Source: a virus (Duplodnaviria; Caudoviricetes). From it: DNA of 64,000 nucleotides. Location: positions 1,836 through 65,835 of the IMG/VR virus record IMGVR_UViG_3300050120_000237, one strand, 5' to 3'. The notes below the pieces were generated by a model that searched no databases, was not told the origin of the DNA, and saw only the letters and a list, made by a program, of their open reading frames with translations. The stretch's first letter is position 1; each line of letters begins with the position of its first letter. The position numbers and the translations under genes were made by a program. Shown here piece by piece: positions 1-9,195 of the stretch.

Positions 1-1350
1 CGATTTTTCACCAGTAACCGGCAGGATGCGAACTGTCCATCCGTCCAGCAGGCTGTAGTGGGCGGCGCGCTGCGACTTGCCGGCCTGTCCCGGGTCTTGA
101 GGCAGGCGAATGCGGACGGTTTTGCCATCCTGCGTGGCGGTGTTCTTTATCGCGTCGTCCACCATCTTGGGCGAACCGCGCAGCCGCACCACGTCCAGAA
201 TGTAGTAAATCCCGGTCGGGCACCGTTGCATCAGCACACCGACCGTGAAGTCACCGCCCCCTTTGGTCGCCGCCAAGTCCCATGCGCGGCACTTGTTGCC
301 CAGCGCAGGCGCGGCTTCCACAATATCGAACCAATGGCGCTTGAACGTGCCGCCTTCGCGCGGTGTCGGGCGCTGCTGGAATTGGCCGGCGACGCCGTAT
401 TCGCCCAGAGGGATTTTGTCTCTTTCCACCACGTCGCGCGGGAAGCGCTCGGGGAAAAGCAGTTCGCCTTCGCGCTTGCGGGGGTCAATGAAAAACTGCT
501 TGCCGTTCACAAAGGTGACGCAGCGGCGGTCTTTCTCGAACTCCATGGGCAGGATTAGCTTCACATAATCCATGCCAAGCTGCTCAATGACGCCGGACAC
601 GTCGTTTTCGTGCAGGCGCTGCATGATGCCGATAATGGCCGACTTCACCGGGTCATTGATGCGGCTGCCCACGCTTTCGCGGAAAACACGGGTGGCGCGC
701 GCGCGGTCTTTGTCGCTTTCGGCTTTTTCGGTGCTGTGCGGGTCGTCCCACACAAGGCGGTCGGCGCGGCCGGAAGTCAGGCCGACGAAGGGGCGGGCGG
801 TGCGCGTGCCAAAGTCGCTGTTGGCAAAGTTTGCTTCGCCTGTGCGGGTCAGGTGCACGTCTGGCCACAGTTCTTGAAACCAGGCGCTTTGGATAAGGTC
901 GCGGGTTTTGCGCGAGTCGCGCACCGCAAATTCCTCATTCCATGACGCGGAAAGGTATGTGGAAGAACGCCGGCCCAGCGGCCCCCACTCATAGGCTTGG
1001 CTGAACACGCACACCATCATGCTTTTCATAAAGCCGGGCGGCACGTTCATAAGCAGGCGGATTATGTCGCCATTGAACACGCCCTGCATGTGGTCGGTCA
1101 TTGCGTCCAGCGCCCACCCCCAGTGCAGGTGGTGGACAGGTTCAACGACGTGCCATGCCTCTTTTATGAAGCCGGGGAAGGTCTTGCAGCGTTCGAGAAT
1201 GGCTTCGCGGTTTTCGGCAATGTCGGCTTTGTCGATTTCCGCTTGGCGTTCGCGGTGCCGGCGCGCGATCTCCGCTTCTATCGCCTCAAGTGTCAGACCC
1301 CGGTTTACCGGCCTTGGCCTTGAGCGTGTGAAGGATTTGGAGTTCCGCAT
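1..1350 (-). CDS. terL: Terminase large subunit (partial, runs off window start)
   Basis: Manual translation (not in ORF track): LLMNVPPGFMKS Walker A-like, LVWDDPH Walker B, IMQRLHENDVSG, C-terminal PQDPGQAGKSQ; follows terS; start could be slightly downstream. Confidence 0.92.
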   Translation of the reverse strand, partial: MRNSKSFTRSRPRPVNRGLTLEAIEAEIARRHRERQAEIDKADIAENREAILERCKTFPGFIKEAWHVVEPVHHLHWGWALDAMTDHMQGVFNGDIIRLLMNVPPGFMKSMMVCVFSQAYEWGPLGRRSSTYLSASWNEEFAVRDSRKTRDLIQSAWFQELWPDVHLTRTGEANFANSDFGTRTARPFVGLTSGRADRLVWDDPHSTEKAESDKDRARATRVFRESVGSRINDPVKSAIIGIMQRLHENDVSGVIEQLGMDYVKLILPMEFEKDRRCVTFVNGKQFFIDPRKREGELLFPERFPRDVVERDKIPLGEYGVAGQFQQRPTPREGGTFKRHWFDIVEAAPALGNKCRAWDLAATKGGGDFTVGVLMQRCPTGIYYILDVVRLRGSPKMVDDAIKNTATQDGKTVRIRLPQDPGQAGKSQRAAHYSLLDGWTVRILPVTGEKS

Positions 1351-1738
1351 CGGTCAACTTTGAAATGTCCCAGCCTGCGAACGGGTCGTCCACGGGTCCG
1401 TCCCAACCATACTGCCTGCCCCAGTTTCGCAAATATCTTTCCTGCGCGGTTTCGCTGGGCAAGACTTCTGCGCGCACGATGTTGCCGTGTTCGTCGACCT
1501 GCGCTTTGGCACCGACCAGGCGGTTGCAGTAGCTGTCGGCGGTGCCGGCGAACAGTTCGAGTTTGCCAATACCAAGCTCGTCGGGGAAATGTTCAACCAG
1601 CGTTGGGATGGCGATGGGCTTGCCGGTCTGCCGATTGGTAACCAGCAGCGCGATTTCTGCGTGGGGAAGGCCGAATGATGCAAGGCGCTTTACGCGGGCC
1701 CGGTCTGCATCGGTGGCTTGGTAAGGGTGCTTGCCCAT
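1286..1738 (-). CDS. terS: Terminase small subunit
   Basis: HTH-like N-terminus (VKRLASFGLPHAEIA...TLVEHFPDEL), C-terminal DISKLTDAEL; directly upstream of terL. Confidence 0.8.
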   Translation of the reverse strand: MGKHPYQATDADRARVKRLASFGLPHAEIALLVTNRQTGKPIAIPTLVEHFPDELGIGKLELFAGTADSYCNRLVGAKAQVDEHGNIVRAEVLPSETAQERYLRNWGRQYGWDGPVDDPFAGWDISKLTDAELQILHTLKAKAGKPGSDT

Positions 1739-1810
1739 GTCCTATGCTTCGGATGGTTCCCACACCGGACGGCTGAAGCATTTAGCTTCTGCGTTCGCCC
1801 TTGAAACCAA

Positions 1811-2353
1811 TTAGCCCCGCGCGATTTGTTCGCGCATCACCGGAATAACACAACCTGTGCCCATTATGTCAAGCAGCACGTTCACGCGCGCGTCTTCGTC
1901 CTCTTGAACCAAGGCGTCGATGCCAAGGAATGGGCCATCCACAAAGTGCACTTTCTCGCCTTTCTCGAACCGCACCGGCTCGGGCGGGACAAGGTGGATA
2001 AAGCCGTGCGCGTCCTGCCGCGCTTCAAGGTCTTCGACAATGCCGACCGGCACAGGTGTGGGGTGGGAATATCGGTTGGTGTCGGCGCCCAGCAGCCGGC
2101 GCACGCCGCGTGTGTTGCCGATGCCCTGCCAGCGCTTGCCGCGGTCGTTGTGTTTTTGGCTGATGGCGAACTGGGCGAACAGGTAGCGGCGAAAGAGCGG
2201 CTCGCGCACGGTTTCTATGCTGCGGGTGTGGGGGCGCTCGAACGTGCACATGAACATTCGAACGGGGAAGCCCTGTTCTTCAATCCCGTGTTTTGCCAGC
2301 TTTTCTTTGGAAGGCTTGGTGACGACGACGAACCAGCGCAGGTCCAAGTCCAT
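1811..2353 (-). CDS. NusG/RfaH-family transcription antitermination factor
   Basis: NGN domain (WFVVVTKPSKEK, PLFRRYLF, NTRGVRRLL) plus KOW (GEKVHFVDGPFLG...RVNVLLDIMG). Confidence 0.9.
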   Translation of the reverse strand: MDLDLRWFVVVTKPSKEKLAKHGIEEQGFPVRMFMCTFERPHTRSIETVREPLFRRYLFAQFAISQKHNDRGKRWQGIGNTRGVRRLLGADTNRYSHPTPVPVGIVEDLEARQDAHGFIHLVPPEPVRFEKGEKVHFVDGPFLGIDALVQEDEDARVNVLLDIMGTGCVIPVMREQIARG

Positions 2354-2414
2354 TCATTCCCCAATGGTGCAGCAGCCGGTGCATGTGTTCTCACGCGCTG
2401 GTTTGCTAGTCAAC

Positions 2415-2446
2415 AAAAAGGGGCGGACACCAAGGCCCGCCCCTTT
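2415..2446 (-). terminator. Intrinsic terminator
   Basis: Stem AAAGGGGCGG/CCGCCCCTTT with T-tract on minus strand, just after the 2471 stop. Confidence 0.75.
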
Positions 2447-2470
2447 CCAGTAATCGCCCGAGAAGGCGGT

Positions 2471-2788
2471 TTAGTGCACGACGGCGGTCAGGGTGACCTG
2501 CGTGTCTTCGGCTTCAACAATCGTGCCGGCGATGTTGCCGGTGATGGTGTCGGCACCGACCACGGGGTCGCCTTCGCCGTTCACCGACACGGTGAAGTCG
2601 CCGGGCGTCGCGCCGCCGACCACTTCGGCAGACAGGCCATCGGCGGCCGGCGTGATGGAAACGGCACCGTCGGGCGAAACCGACCAGGCAGGCACGTTGC
2701 CGGGGGCCAGCGGGTGCGCAACGCCAGCGGCGTCCGTGAACGCGGCGCTGATGGTGGCCGACTGGCCAGACTTGAGACTGAACGACAT
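2471..2788 (-). CDS. Ig-like beta-sandwich protein (possible longer membrane-anchored form from 2932)
   Basis: GGAGG RBS before ATG 2788; beta-rich sequence (AWSVSPDGAVSITP, FTVSV). Confidence 0.7.
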   Translation of the reverse strand: MSFSLKSGQSATISAAFTDAAGVAHPLAPGNVPAWSVSPDGAVSITPAADGLSAEVVGGATPGDFTVSVNGEGDPVVGADTITGNIAGTIVEAEDTQVTLTAVVH

Positions 2789-3391
2789 GGTGAAAACCTC
2801 CTGCCCAATTTGGATTTGCAGCCGGCACCGCGTGGGCTTGCCACGGTGCCTTCTGTTTCGACGCAAGATGATGAAAACACAAAGTGCAGCCCAAAGGGCA
2901 AGCCACGGCAGAAGGTGGATGGCAAACTGCATGTGGCGAATCCTAGGCGGCGGGAAGCCAGCAGCGGACACCGTTGGTCGGGATTGGTCAAGGTGCTAGA
3001 ACTGCGTCGCGCGCTGCACGCGCCGCCCTGCCATGGGGCGCCCCTCGAACCTTGGCCCGGCGCGGAAACGCTGCCGGGCATTTTTTTGGGTGATGCAAGC
3101 ATTCCGGTCAGTTTGCATTTTGGCGCAGGTCACGGGTTTGGAAGAACAAAGCCGGATGCGGTGCTGGTTGACAAAGGCCGGGGCGCTTGACGCATGCGCG
3201 ATTTGGCATATCCGCATGGGGTGCACTTTTTCCGCTATTCTCCCCACACCCCCCGGAACCTTTCGTCGGTTTAAGACGCCTGTTCGTTTTTTCGACCGCA
3301 AAGGTGGCGTGTTTTCAATGGGTTGGTTTTGTTGCCCGGTGGACGACATACCACTATACCACCTAGTGGGTATTCCACGCGCGCCGGACGT

Positions 3392-3427
3392 AAAAAAGCC
3401 CCGGCGAATGGAAATTGGCCGGGGCTT
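3392..3427 (-). terminator. Intrinsic terminator
   Basis: Stem AAGCCCCGGC/GCCGGGGCTT with T6 on minus strand. Confidence 0.75.
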
Positions 3428-3589
3428 CTCGCTGTAATCATCAGAACCGTTGCGGTTGAGGCAAACGACCCCTGAATAATTGACCTGCCCAGCATGTGGC
3501 TGGGACTTTGGGGCTGGGTTCACATGACGGCCTCCCGGGCTGGGCTCTTTGTTCAGCCCGGGAATGCTGCCATCGAAACCGGCGCCAGT

Positions 3590-4225
3590 CTATGCCGCAG
3601 CGCGCGGGACGTAGGTGTCGCTGCCCAGCACCAGCACCAGCACCAGCGGGTCGGCGCTGGGGTCGGGCAAGCGGTAGGTGGCATGACCATTGGTGGCGTT
3701 GAGGGTCAGCTTGTCGCCCTGCAGGGTGCGGCCCGGCCCAGTTTTGATGCTGGCGGGGGCCTGCGCGACGGTCGGCCACGGGGTGGTGACCTGCGCATCA
3801 TCGAACGACAGGGTGGGCAGGCCGTCGGTCTGGGCTTCGTGGCCGCGCGGCGGGTACTTGTCGGCGGGATAGCCACGGTCGGTCCACTGTTTCAGGGTCG
3901 GGTTGGCCGGCGCCGTGTCGTCGCCCTGACCCTGCTGGTCGCGGTGGCGTTGCAGACTTTGGTCGGCGTCAACGCCCGGGCGGGTCTTGCCGGCAACGTC
4001 GCCCATGGGGGCGGCGGCATTGGTGCCGAACTTCACGTCTTTGCACAGGCTGATGGCGAAGTCGTCGGCCTGCGCGGCAATCTCGCGGCCCAGTTCACCG
4101 ACCTCGGTAAGGTCTTTGGCGTTGGCGATCAGGCTGCCGATGCTGCGAAACGTCACCGCAATGCGGGCTTCGAAGGTGGACTCGGCGATAGCCGCCAGCT
4201 TGGTGTCAGCTAATCTACTGGACAT
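3590..4225 (-). CDS. Hypothetical phage protein
   Basis: 211-aa ORF with AAGGA RBS; PTLKQWTDRGYPADKYPP-type motif. Confidence 0.6.
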   Translation of the reverse strand: MSSRLADTKLAAIAESTFEARIAVTFRSIGSLIANAKDLTEVGELGREIAAQADDFAISLCKDVKFGTNAAAPMGDVAGKTRPGVDADQSLQRHRDQQGQGDDTAPANPTLKQWTDRGYPADKYPPRGHEAQTDGLPTLSFDDAQVTTPWPTVAQAPASIKTGPGRTLQGDKLTLNATNGHATYRLPDPSADPLVLVLVLGSDTYVPRAAA

Positions 4226-4273
4226 GGGAAATCCTTTTGGTTGGGTGTGAAGTGGAAATGTTGCGGCCCGGGT

Positions 4274-4441
4274 TTAGTTGCCTGACAGGGCGAGGTGGAC
4301 CAAATCCCGCCCATAAGTCTGGATAAGCCGCGCACGGGACATGCCGCCGCGGTGCAGTTCTTTGATGCGAGCCAGCTTGTCGCGCTGGGCGGCAAGGCCC
4401 CGCAGGTTGGTGGCTTCCTCGCTTTTTTCGTCGTTCGTCAT
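4274..4441 (-). CDS. Small hypothetical protein
   Basis: MTNDEKSEE..., start overlaps upstream stop. Confidence 0.5.
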   Translation of the reverse strand: MTNDEKSEEATNLRGLAAQRDKLARIKELHRGGMSRARLIQTYGRDLVHLALSGN

Positions 4442-4809
4442 AGGTGTTCCCAGTCGAAGCTGCGCACCGTGTGGACGCCGGGTTTGAAATTCACCAGCGG
4501 CTTGCCGCGCGCAATGAAATGGTCGGCTTCCACCTGCATGCCATAGCTGCGTTCCCAGCCGTCGGCTTGGTACATGATAAGCCCACGCGCCGCTTCCATC
4601 AGCGGCTCGTCGTCGGGCAGCCAAAGATTGTGGTCCAGCGGGTCCAAGTTGCATTCCACCGCGACCGGGTGGCTGTGCACGATGGGCGAAAACACCGACA
4701 GGCCGGCCTGCAAGAAATACCCGCGCGCGCGCACCGCCATCCAGTAAGCCGCTTCGATGCCTTCCGCATATTTGGAATACGGCGTGGCGAGATACCAAAA
4801 GCCCTTCAT
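4438..4809 (-). CDS. DUF1937 family protein (nucleoside deoxyribosyltransferase-like fold)
   Basis: YLATPYS, VFSPIVHSH, GWERSYGM..E motifs. Confidence 0.8.
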   Translation of the reverse strand: MKGFWYLATPYSKYAEGIEAAYWMAVRARGYFLQAGLSVFSPIVHSHPVAVECNLDPLDHNLWLPDDEPLMEAARGLIMYQADGWERSYGMQVEADHFIARGKPLVNFKPGVHTVRSFDWEHL

Positions 4810-6074
4810 GCTTCGGCCTTTTTCTTTTTGGCCAAGCGTTCGGCCTTGATTTCCTCGAACGTGCGCCCGTCACCGTCCAGCGTGGCTTTCAGCCCGGTGT
4901 GCAATTCCCAGCGCCCGACCGTGACGTCGGTATATCCCGGCGTAAGTTCGCTGCCGAAATAGGTCCGGTCGGTAAGTTCGCAGGCCAGCATGGTGGATCC
5001 CGAACCGTTGAACGGGTCGCACACCGTCTTGGCCATGTCGGTTACCTCGATAACCTTCACCAGCAATTCCACCGGCTTTTCCGTGGCGTGGTTTATGTTG
5101 CCGCTGCGCTTGCACCTGATCACGTTGCCCTGCGCCTTTTTGGGGTCGAAAGGCGACTTCACCGCGATGCCGCACATAATCAGTTCGTGCTGCATGCGCC
5201 AGCCGGCGCCCATGCCGGGGGTTTCCTTGTCCCACACGATCATGTTGCGCACGCCATAGCCGCTGCTTTCGATCACGTCGAACAGGGTCAGCCACATGCG
5301 CCAGTCGGTGAAGGCATAGACGACGCCAGCGCCGATGGTGGGAATAACGGATTTCATCAGCGCGCTATAGCCGCGCGACGACAGGGTATCGTTGGCGACC
5401 ATTTCGCTGCCGCGCGTGCCGACGCTGCCGGCACCTTTGCCTGCTTCCTGAAAGCCGCCGCTGCAATACGGCGGGTCGGTCAGCACCATGTCGATGCCGG
5501 TGCCGTTGAACAGCTTGGCCATGCTTGCCTGGTCTGAACTGTCGCCGCAAATCAGGCGGTGACGGCCCAGCAGCCACAGGTCGCCGCGCTTGGAAATCGG
5601 GTTCTTGGGGATTTGCTGCGCCGGCTCGGGAAGGCGGCGGGTGTCTTCCTCTTTCACGAAGCCCTGCACCTGCAGGTCGCCAAGTTCGCCAAGGTCGAAA
5701 CCAAGGCTGCCAAGGTCGATGCCGCTGTTGTGCAGTTCGCCCAGTTCGGCGCGCAGCAGTTCTTCGTTCCAGCCGGCATTCAGCGCAATGCGATTGTCGG
5801 CAATCGCCAGCTTGCGCCACTGTTCAGCGGATAGGCCCACCTTGGTGATGGTGTGTATCTCTGACCAGCCCAGCAGCAGCACCGCAGCGAGTCTGCCGTT
5901 GCCGACCCGCACCGTGTCGGTGGCGTCCAGCAGGATTGGGCCTGTCAAACCGCTTTCGGCGATCGAGGCGCGCAGCTGTTCGACCTGTTCTGGCGAATGC
6001 GTGCGCATGTTCTTGGGGTCGGGTTTGAGGTCTGCCGGGTTGCGGTAGACGATTTCTAGACGGTCGGCGGTCAT
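4806..6074 (-). CDS. ParB-like N-terminal domain fused to N6/N4 DNA methyltransferase
   Basis: LKPDPKNMRTH...GNGRLAA...IADNR (ParB); HRLICGDS, TDPPY, HATEKP, DPFNGSGST (beta-class MTase). Confidence 0.9.
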   Translation of the reverse strand: MTADRLEIVYRNPADLKPDPKNMRTHSPEQVEQLRASIAESGLTGPILLDATDTVRVGNGRLAAVLLLGWSEIHTITKVGLSAEQWRKLAIADNRIALNAGWNEELLRAELGELHNSGIDLGSLGFDLGELGDLQVQGFVKEEDTRRLPEPAQQIPKNPISKRGDLWLLGRHRLICGDSSDQASMAKLFNGTGIDMVLTDPPYCSGGFQEAGKGAGSVGTRGSEMVANDTLSSRGYSALMKSVIPTIGAGVVYAFTDWRMWLTLFDVIESSGYGVRNMIVWDKETPGMGAGWRMQHELIMCGIAVKSPFDPKKAQGNVIRCKRSGNINHATEKPVELLVKVIEVTDMAKTVCDPFNGSGSTMLACELTDRTYFGSELTPGYTDVTVGRWELHTGLKATLDGDGRTFEEIKAERLAKKKKAEA

Positions 6075-6268
6075 TTGCTTTTCTCGGAATGGTGCCCGGG
6101 TGTGCCGCTCGGGCAATCGGACAGGGTGGTGAAAGGGTCGATGCAGGAACCGCAGCCGGAAAGGCCCAGAAGAACCAGCAGCGCGATGGACAGCCGGCGC
6201 CACAGCGGCGGCTTGGGCGGTTTTGAGAACATGCGCAGGGTCTGCTGCCCAAATTCTAACTCGGTCAT
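6071..6268 (-). CDS. Putative small lipoprotein
   Basis: Basic residues, hydrophobic stretch and lipobox LSGC. Confidence 0.55.
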   Translation of the reverse strand: MTELEFGQQTLRMFSKPPKPPLWRRLSIALLVLLGLSGCGSCIDPFTTLSDCPSGTPGHHSEKSK

Positions 6269-6270
6269 GT

Positions 6271-6669
6271 TCAAGGCTCCGAAGGAAAGTCGCCGAACTC
6301 GTAACCGTCCAGCTTGATGAAAACATGCCAGCCGCAGCCGGCTGCAAAGCGCTTGCCGGACTCGCCCATGGCCGCGAGGGTTTCGGCGGTGGCGTCGAAG
6401 AAAGAGGCGGTGACGCGACCGTCGGCATGGACATGGTGCAACCCAATGCCAGTCCAAACGCCGCAGATGCAGCGAATGTTTGGCTTGAGGTGCTTTTCTG
6501 TTCCGTATTCGGAAACACCAATCCAGCCCGGCCCGGCAGAAAACGGGGTGTCGTGCGTGATGCGGGGAATAAGCACCGGGTCGTCTGGGCTGCATCGGTT
6601 TATGTCCCGGCCCAGCAGGTCCACCATTGGTGCGGCAGCAAGAGCGGCGGCGCGGCGTTCGTCGATCAT
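6271..6669 (-). CDS. Cys/His protein, distant DUF6527-like
   Basis: CICG...H..DGRVTASF...CGWHVFI pattern. Confidence 0.55.
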   Translation of the reverse strand: MIDERRAAALAAAPMVDLLGRDINRCSPDDPVLIPRITHDTPFSAGPGWIGVSEYGTEKHLKPNIRCICGVWTGIGLHHVHADGRVTASFFDATAETLAAMGESGKRFAAGCGWHVFIKLDGYEFGDFPSEP

Positions 6670-6965
6670 AACCCAAGCCTTTCTGCTTCGTGGTGTGGAA
6701 CGTCGGGCATGGGCACGACCTGCCCAGCCAGCTTGTGGGTGCAATCGGGCTCGTAGTGCAGCGCGCCTTCCGTCACGACATAGTGGCAGCGCACGTCTGG
6801 GCCGTCGTCGCGGGTGTAGCGGTGCAGAAAACTGGGCGTGAAGCTGGGCGACTTGGCGTCACCGTTGAATTTCCAGCCCTGCTTGGGCAGGCCGTGCATG
6901 CGCTGGCAGCCCGGGCACCAGTGATAAAAGGCCCATTGGTTGTGGCGCATGGTGTTGGAAAACAT
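6666..6965 (-). CDS. DUF6527-like zinc-binding phage protein
   Basis: CPGCQRMH, WKFNGD..SPSFTPS, CHYVVTEG, DCTHKLAGQ. Confidence 0.75.
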   Translation of the reverse strand: MFSNTMRHNQWAFYHWCPGCQRMHGLPKQGWKFNGDAKSPSFTPSFLHRYTRDDGPDVRCHYVVTEGALHYEPDCTHKLAGQVVPMPDVPHHEAERLGL

Positions 6966-7135
6966 CAGTAAGCCAGCGCCAGAATGCCAAGCGAACACAG
7001 CGCCACCACAGCCAAGGTACTGATGGTCACCAGCAGGATGCCGACCGGCGACATGCCCATGCCCCACGCCATGCCGGCGGCGGAAATACCTACGGCCACG
7101 ACGCAAACCGCGATAACGGCAGGCAGAATGTCCAT
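6965..7135 (-). CDS. Small two-TM membrane protein
   Basis: MDILPAVIAVCVVAVG..., two hydrophobic helices, GAGG RBS. Confidence 0.6.
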   Translation of the reverse strand: MDILPAVIAVCVVAVGISAAGMAWGMGMSPVGILLVTISTLAVVALCSLGILALAY

Positions 7136-7145
7136 GGTGCGCCCC

Positions 7146-7727
7146 TCATGCCGCAAAGCCCCGATGCGCGGCGAATACGGCCCACGGTATATGCGACAGG
7201 CGCAGGTTGTCTCCATAAAAACCGTTGCCGTCGCAGACCTGCACATAATCGACCCGGCGCCGCCCCTGCCAAATCTCCCAAACCCGCTCCCGCACGGCAT
7301 TATAGGACACCCAGCGCCGCCGGCCGCGCTTGTAAAGCAGGTGGTGGGGGATGGCTTCGAAGTTGGCCCGGCCATACTCGCGGATAAATTCGCCCTTGGG
7401 CATGGCATTGCGCAGGTATGCGTCAAATTCGTGGGCCTTGCGCCGCATCCCGCGCAGTTCGGTGCCTTCCTGCCAGTTGGTGTTCATGTTCAGCCGCCAG
7501 ACCCGGGCCAGTATTTCTTCGCCGATATGGTAGCGGCGCAGGTGCTGCATCCAAGCAGCCAGCCGCAGGTTGGCGACAAAGGCGGTGGTGGCTTCGGTGT
7601 TGGCCATCATTTCGCGGGGGATTGTGTAGACCCTGCGGATTTCGCCTTGGGCCCATTCTATGGCGGCGGCGTGGTCACTATTCAGGCCCGCCGTGTCGAT
7701 GGCCATGTAATGCCGCCCGCCGGTCAT
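7146..7727 (-). CDS. Hypothetical protein
   Basis: 193-aa ORF coupled to upstream gene. Confidence 0.6.
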   Translation of the reverse strand: MTGGRHYMAIDTAGLNSDHAAAIEWAQGEIRRVYTIPREMMANTEATTAFVANLRLAAWMQHLRRYHIGEEILARVWRLNMNTNWQEGTELRGMRRKAHEFDAYLRNAMPKGEFIREYGRANFEAIPHHLLYKRGRRRWVSYNAVRERVWEIWQGRRRVDYVQVCDGNGFYGDNLRLSHIPWAVFAAHRGFAA

Positions 7728-7987
7728 GCCTTGGTGCGCCTGTCAGCCTTCACGCGCACGCTGTGCAGGCGCGGGGTGTCGGCGTCAATTATGTAGTCGA
7801 TGCCCAGCAGCACCGGCTGCTTGAAGCGCTGTTCTTCCTCTTTGAACAGCGGGTCGTCCTTGATGCTGGCATGGGTGTCGAAGCCCAGCACTATTTGCAG
7901 GTCGTCCATTTTGACGCCCCGGGCTTCGTGCGGCCTGATGCGGTCCAGCAGCGCCAGCGTCACGGTCATAAGTTTAGTCTGCGGCAT
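7724..7987 (-). CDS. Hypothetical protein
   Basis: GGAG RBS, MPQTKLM... Confidence 0.55.
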   Translation of the reverse strand: MPQTKLMTVTLALLDRIRPHEARGVKMDDLQIVLGFDTHASIKDDPLFKEEEQRFKQPVLLGIDYIIDADTPRLHSVRVKADRRTKA

Positions 7988-8318
7988 GGTGGACTCCCTC
8001 TGAAACAACATTGGGCTCGCCGAACGGCACAAGGTCCAGCCACGCGCTGGCGAAGTCCGGCTGGCCAACAGCGCCGCGGTTCTTGAGAACCACCAGCACC
8101 TGCTGCTGCCATTCGGTCGTCATGAACATTTGCGCGCTGGCCACCTTGATGCAGGTCGCGCACAGGATAAGCGCCACCGGCATTTGCAGCGTCGGTGTCT
8201 TGGTGGGTGCCAGCATGTTGGGGATATTCATGCGCACCATGCCCACGGCCAGGCGCGGGCAGCCGTGGGAATTGCAGCTGCGCACTGGCGATGTTTCGCC
8301 CTGCTTTGTGATTTTCAT
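7974..8318 (-). CDS. Hypothetical Cys-containing protein
   Basis: AGGA RBS, CNSHGC...CATC. Confidence 0.55.
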   Translation of the reverse strand: MKITKQGETSPVRSCNSHGCPRLAVGMVRMNIPNMLAPTKTPTLQMPVALILCATCIKVASAQMFMTTEWQQQVLVVLKNRGAVGQPDFASAWLDLVPFGEPNVVSEGVHHAAD

Positions 8319-8521
8319 ATCTTGGTTCCTGTCATGTACTCGAAAATGCGCCGCCACCGGCTGGGCTTGTATTCTGGGGCCAGCATCTTGCGCAGCACCG
8401 GGTCGTTGAACCAGCCGGGAAGCGCAATACACTGCATGCAAAGCGCGACCTTGGGCACTTCGTCGGCCACGATCTGCACGACGTGCGCGCCGCAGTCTCC
8501 GCAATCAAACTCGGCTGGCAT
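8315..8521 (-). CDS. Small zinc-finger protein
   Basis: CGDC...CMQC; GGAGG RBS. Confidence 0.6.
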   Translation of the reverse strand: MPAEFDCGDCGAHVVQIVADEVPKVALCMQCIALPGWFNDPVLRKMLAPEYKPSRWRRIFEYMTGTKI

Positions 8522-8537
8522 GTTTTAACCCTCCCCT

Positions 8538-8756
8538 TTAGGATTTGTTGTGACGCTGGCGGCGCTTGCCGATCATCGCTTCGGCAGTCTCAAGCCCGCT
8601 GTCGTACCCAATGTCGTGGGCGAGGCGATAAACCTTCTTCGCGGTGTGACTGACATAGGCGCGCAGAGCGTCAAGCTGCTTTTCGGTTAGCCGGGTGATG
8701 ATGCTCTCCGGCGGTTTGCCCCACACATCGAATGGATCGGCATTTGTCGTGGTCAT
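8538..8756 (-). CDS. Hypothetical protein
   Basis: MTTTNADPFD..., AGGGA RBS. Confidence 0.5.
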   Translation of the reverse strand: MTTTNADPFDVWGKPPESIITRLTEKQLDALRAYVSHTAKKVYRLAHDIGYDSGLETAEAMIGKRRQRHNKS

Positions 8757-8907
8757 TTTTTTGTCCCTTACTTGAAATACTGGACGGGCTGATGCCGGTC
8801 GCAGTTTGTGTCTGTGCAGGAGCAGGAGTGTGTCACCACGGCTAGACGATAGCCCTTGAACTCCATCCAAAGCAGAATGAACCAATCCATCGAACGTCCG
8901 CTTTCTG

Positions 8908-9183
8908 TTAGTCGCCGTTCCGGGCGATCATGTCTAAAATCATGTGGTCCGTTCCGGCTGGCAATTCGTGTGCGGGGCCATACCTCTCATCGCAGGTGCG
9001 GTGCGTGCGGTAGAAGTAGCTGCGCTTGGCATAGCTCTCGCTCGAATACATCAATGAGTGGGTGCGAACGTCTTCCGGCTGCACCGGCTTTCCGCAGTAC
9101 AGGCACGGCGCGTCTCGCTGCGGTTCATGATCCGGTCTGTCGGATGACGGGTCTTCGTAGAAGCCGTAGAAAATCTGTTCCAT
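8908..9183 (-). CDS. Hypothetical zinc-binding protein
   Basis: CLYCG...HRTC. Confidence 0.55.
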   Translation of the reverse strand: MEQIFYGFYEDPSSDRPDHEPQRDAPCLYCGKPVQPEDVRTHSLMYSSESYAKRSYFYRTHRTCDERYGPAHELPAGTDHMILDMIARNGD

Positions 9184-9195
9184 CGAGCGTCCCCT

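Noticed and set aside
1826-3190. 454-aa plus-strand ORF
   Set aside because: Antisense shadow of the NusG-like and Ig-like genes; no motifs
3430-3590. Possible tmRNA or tRNA fragment
   Set aside because: No T-arm/CCA end or tag reading frame recognisable
3625-3647. (CCAGCA)n short tandem repeat
   Set aside because: Under four units and in frame (LVLVLVL); too weak for phase variation
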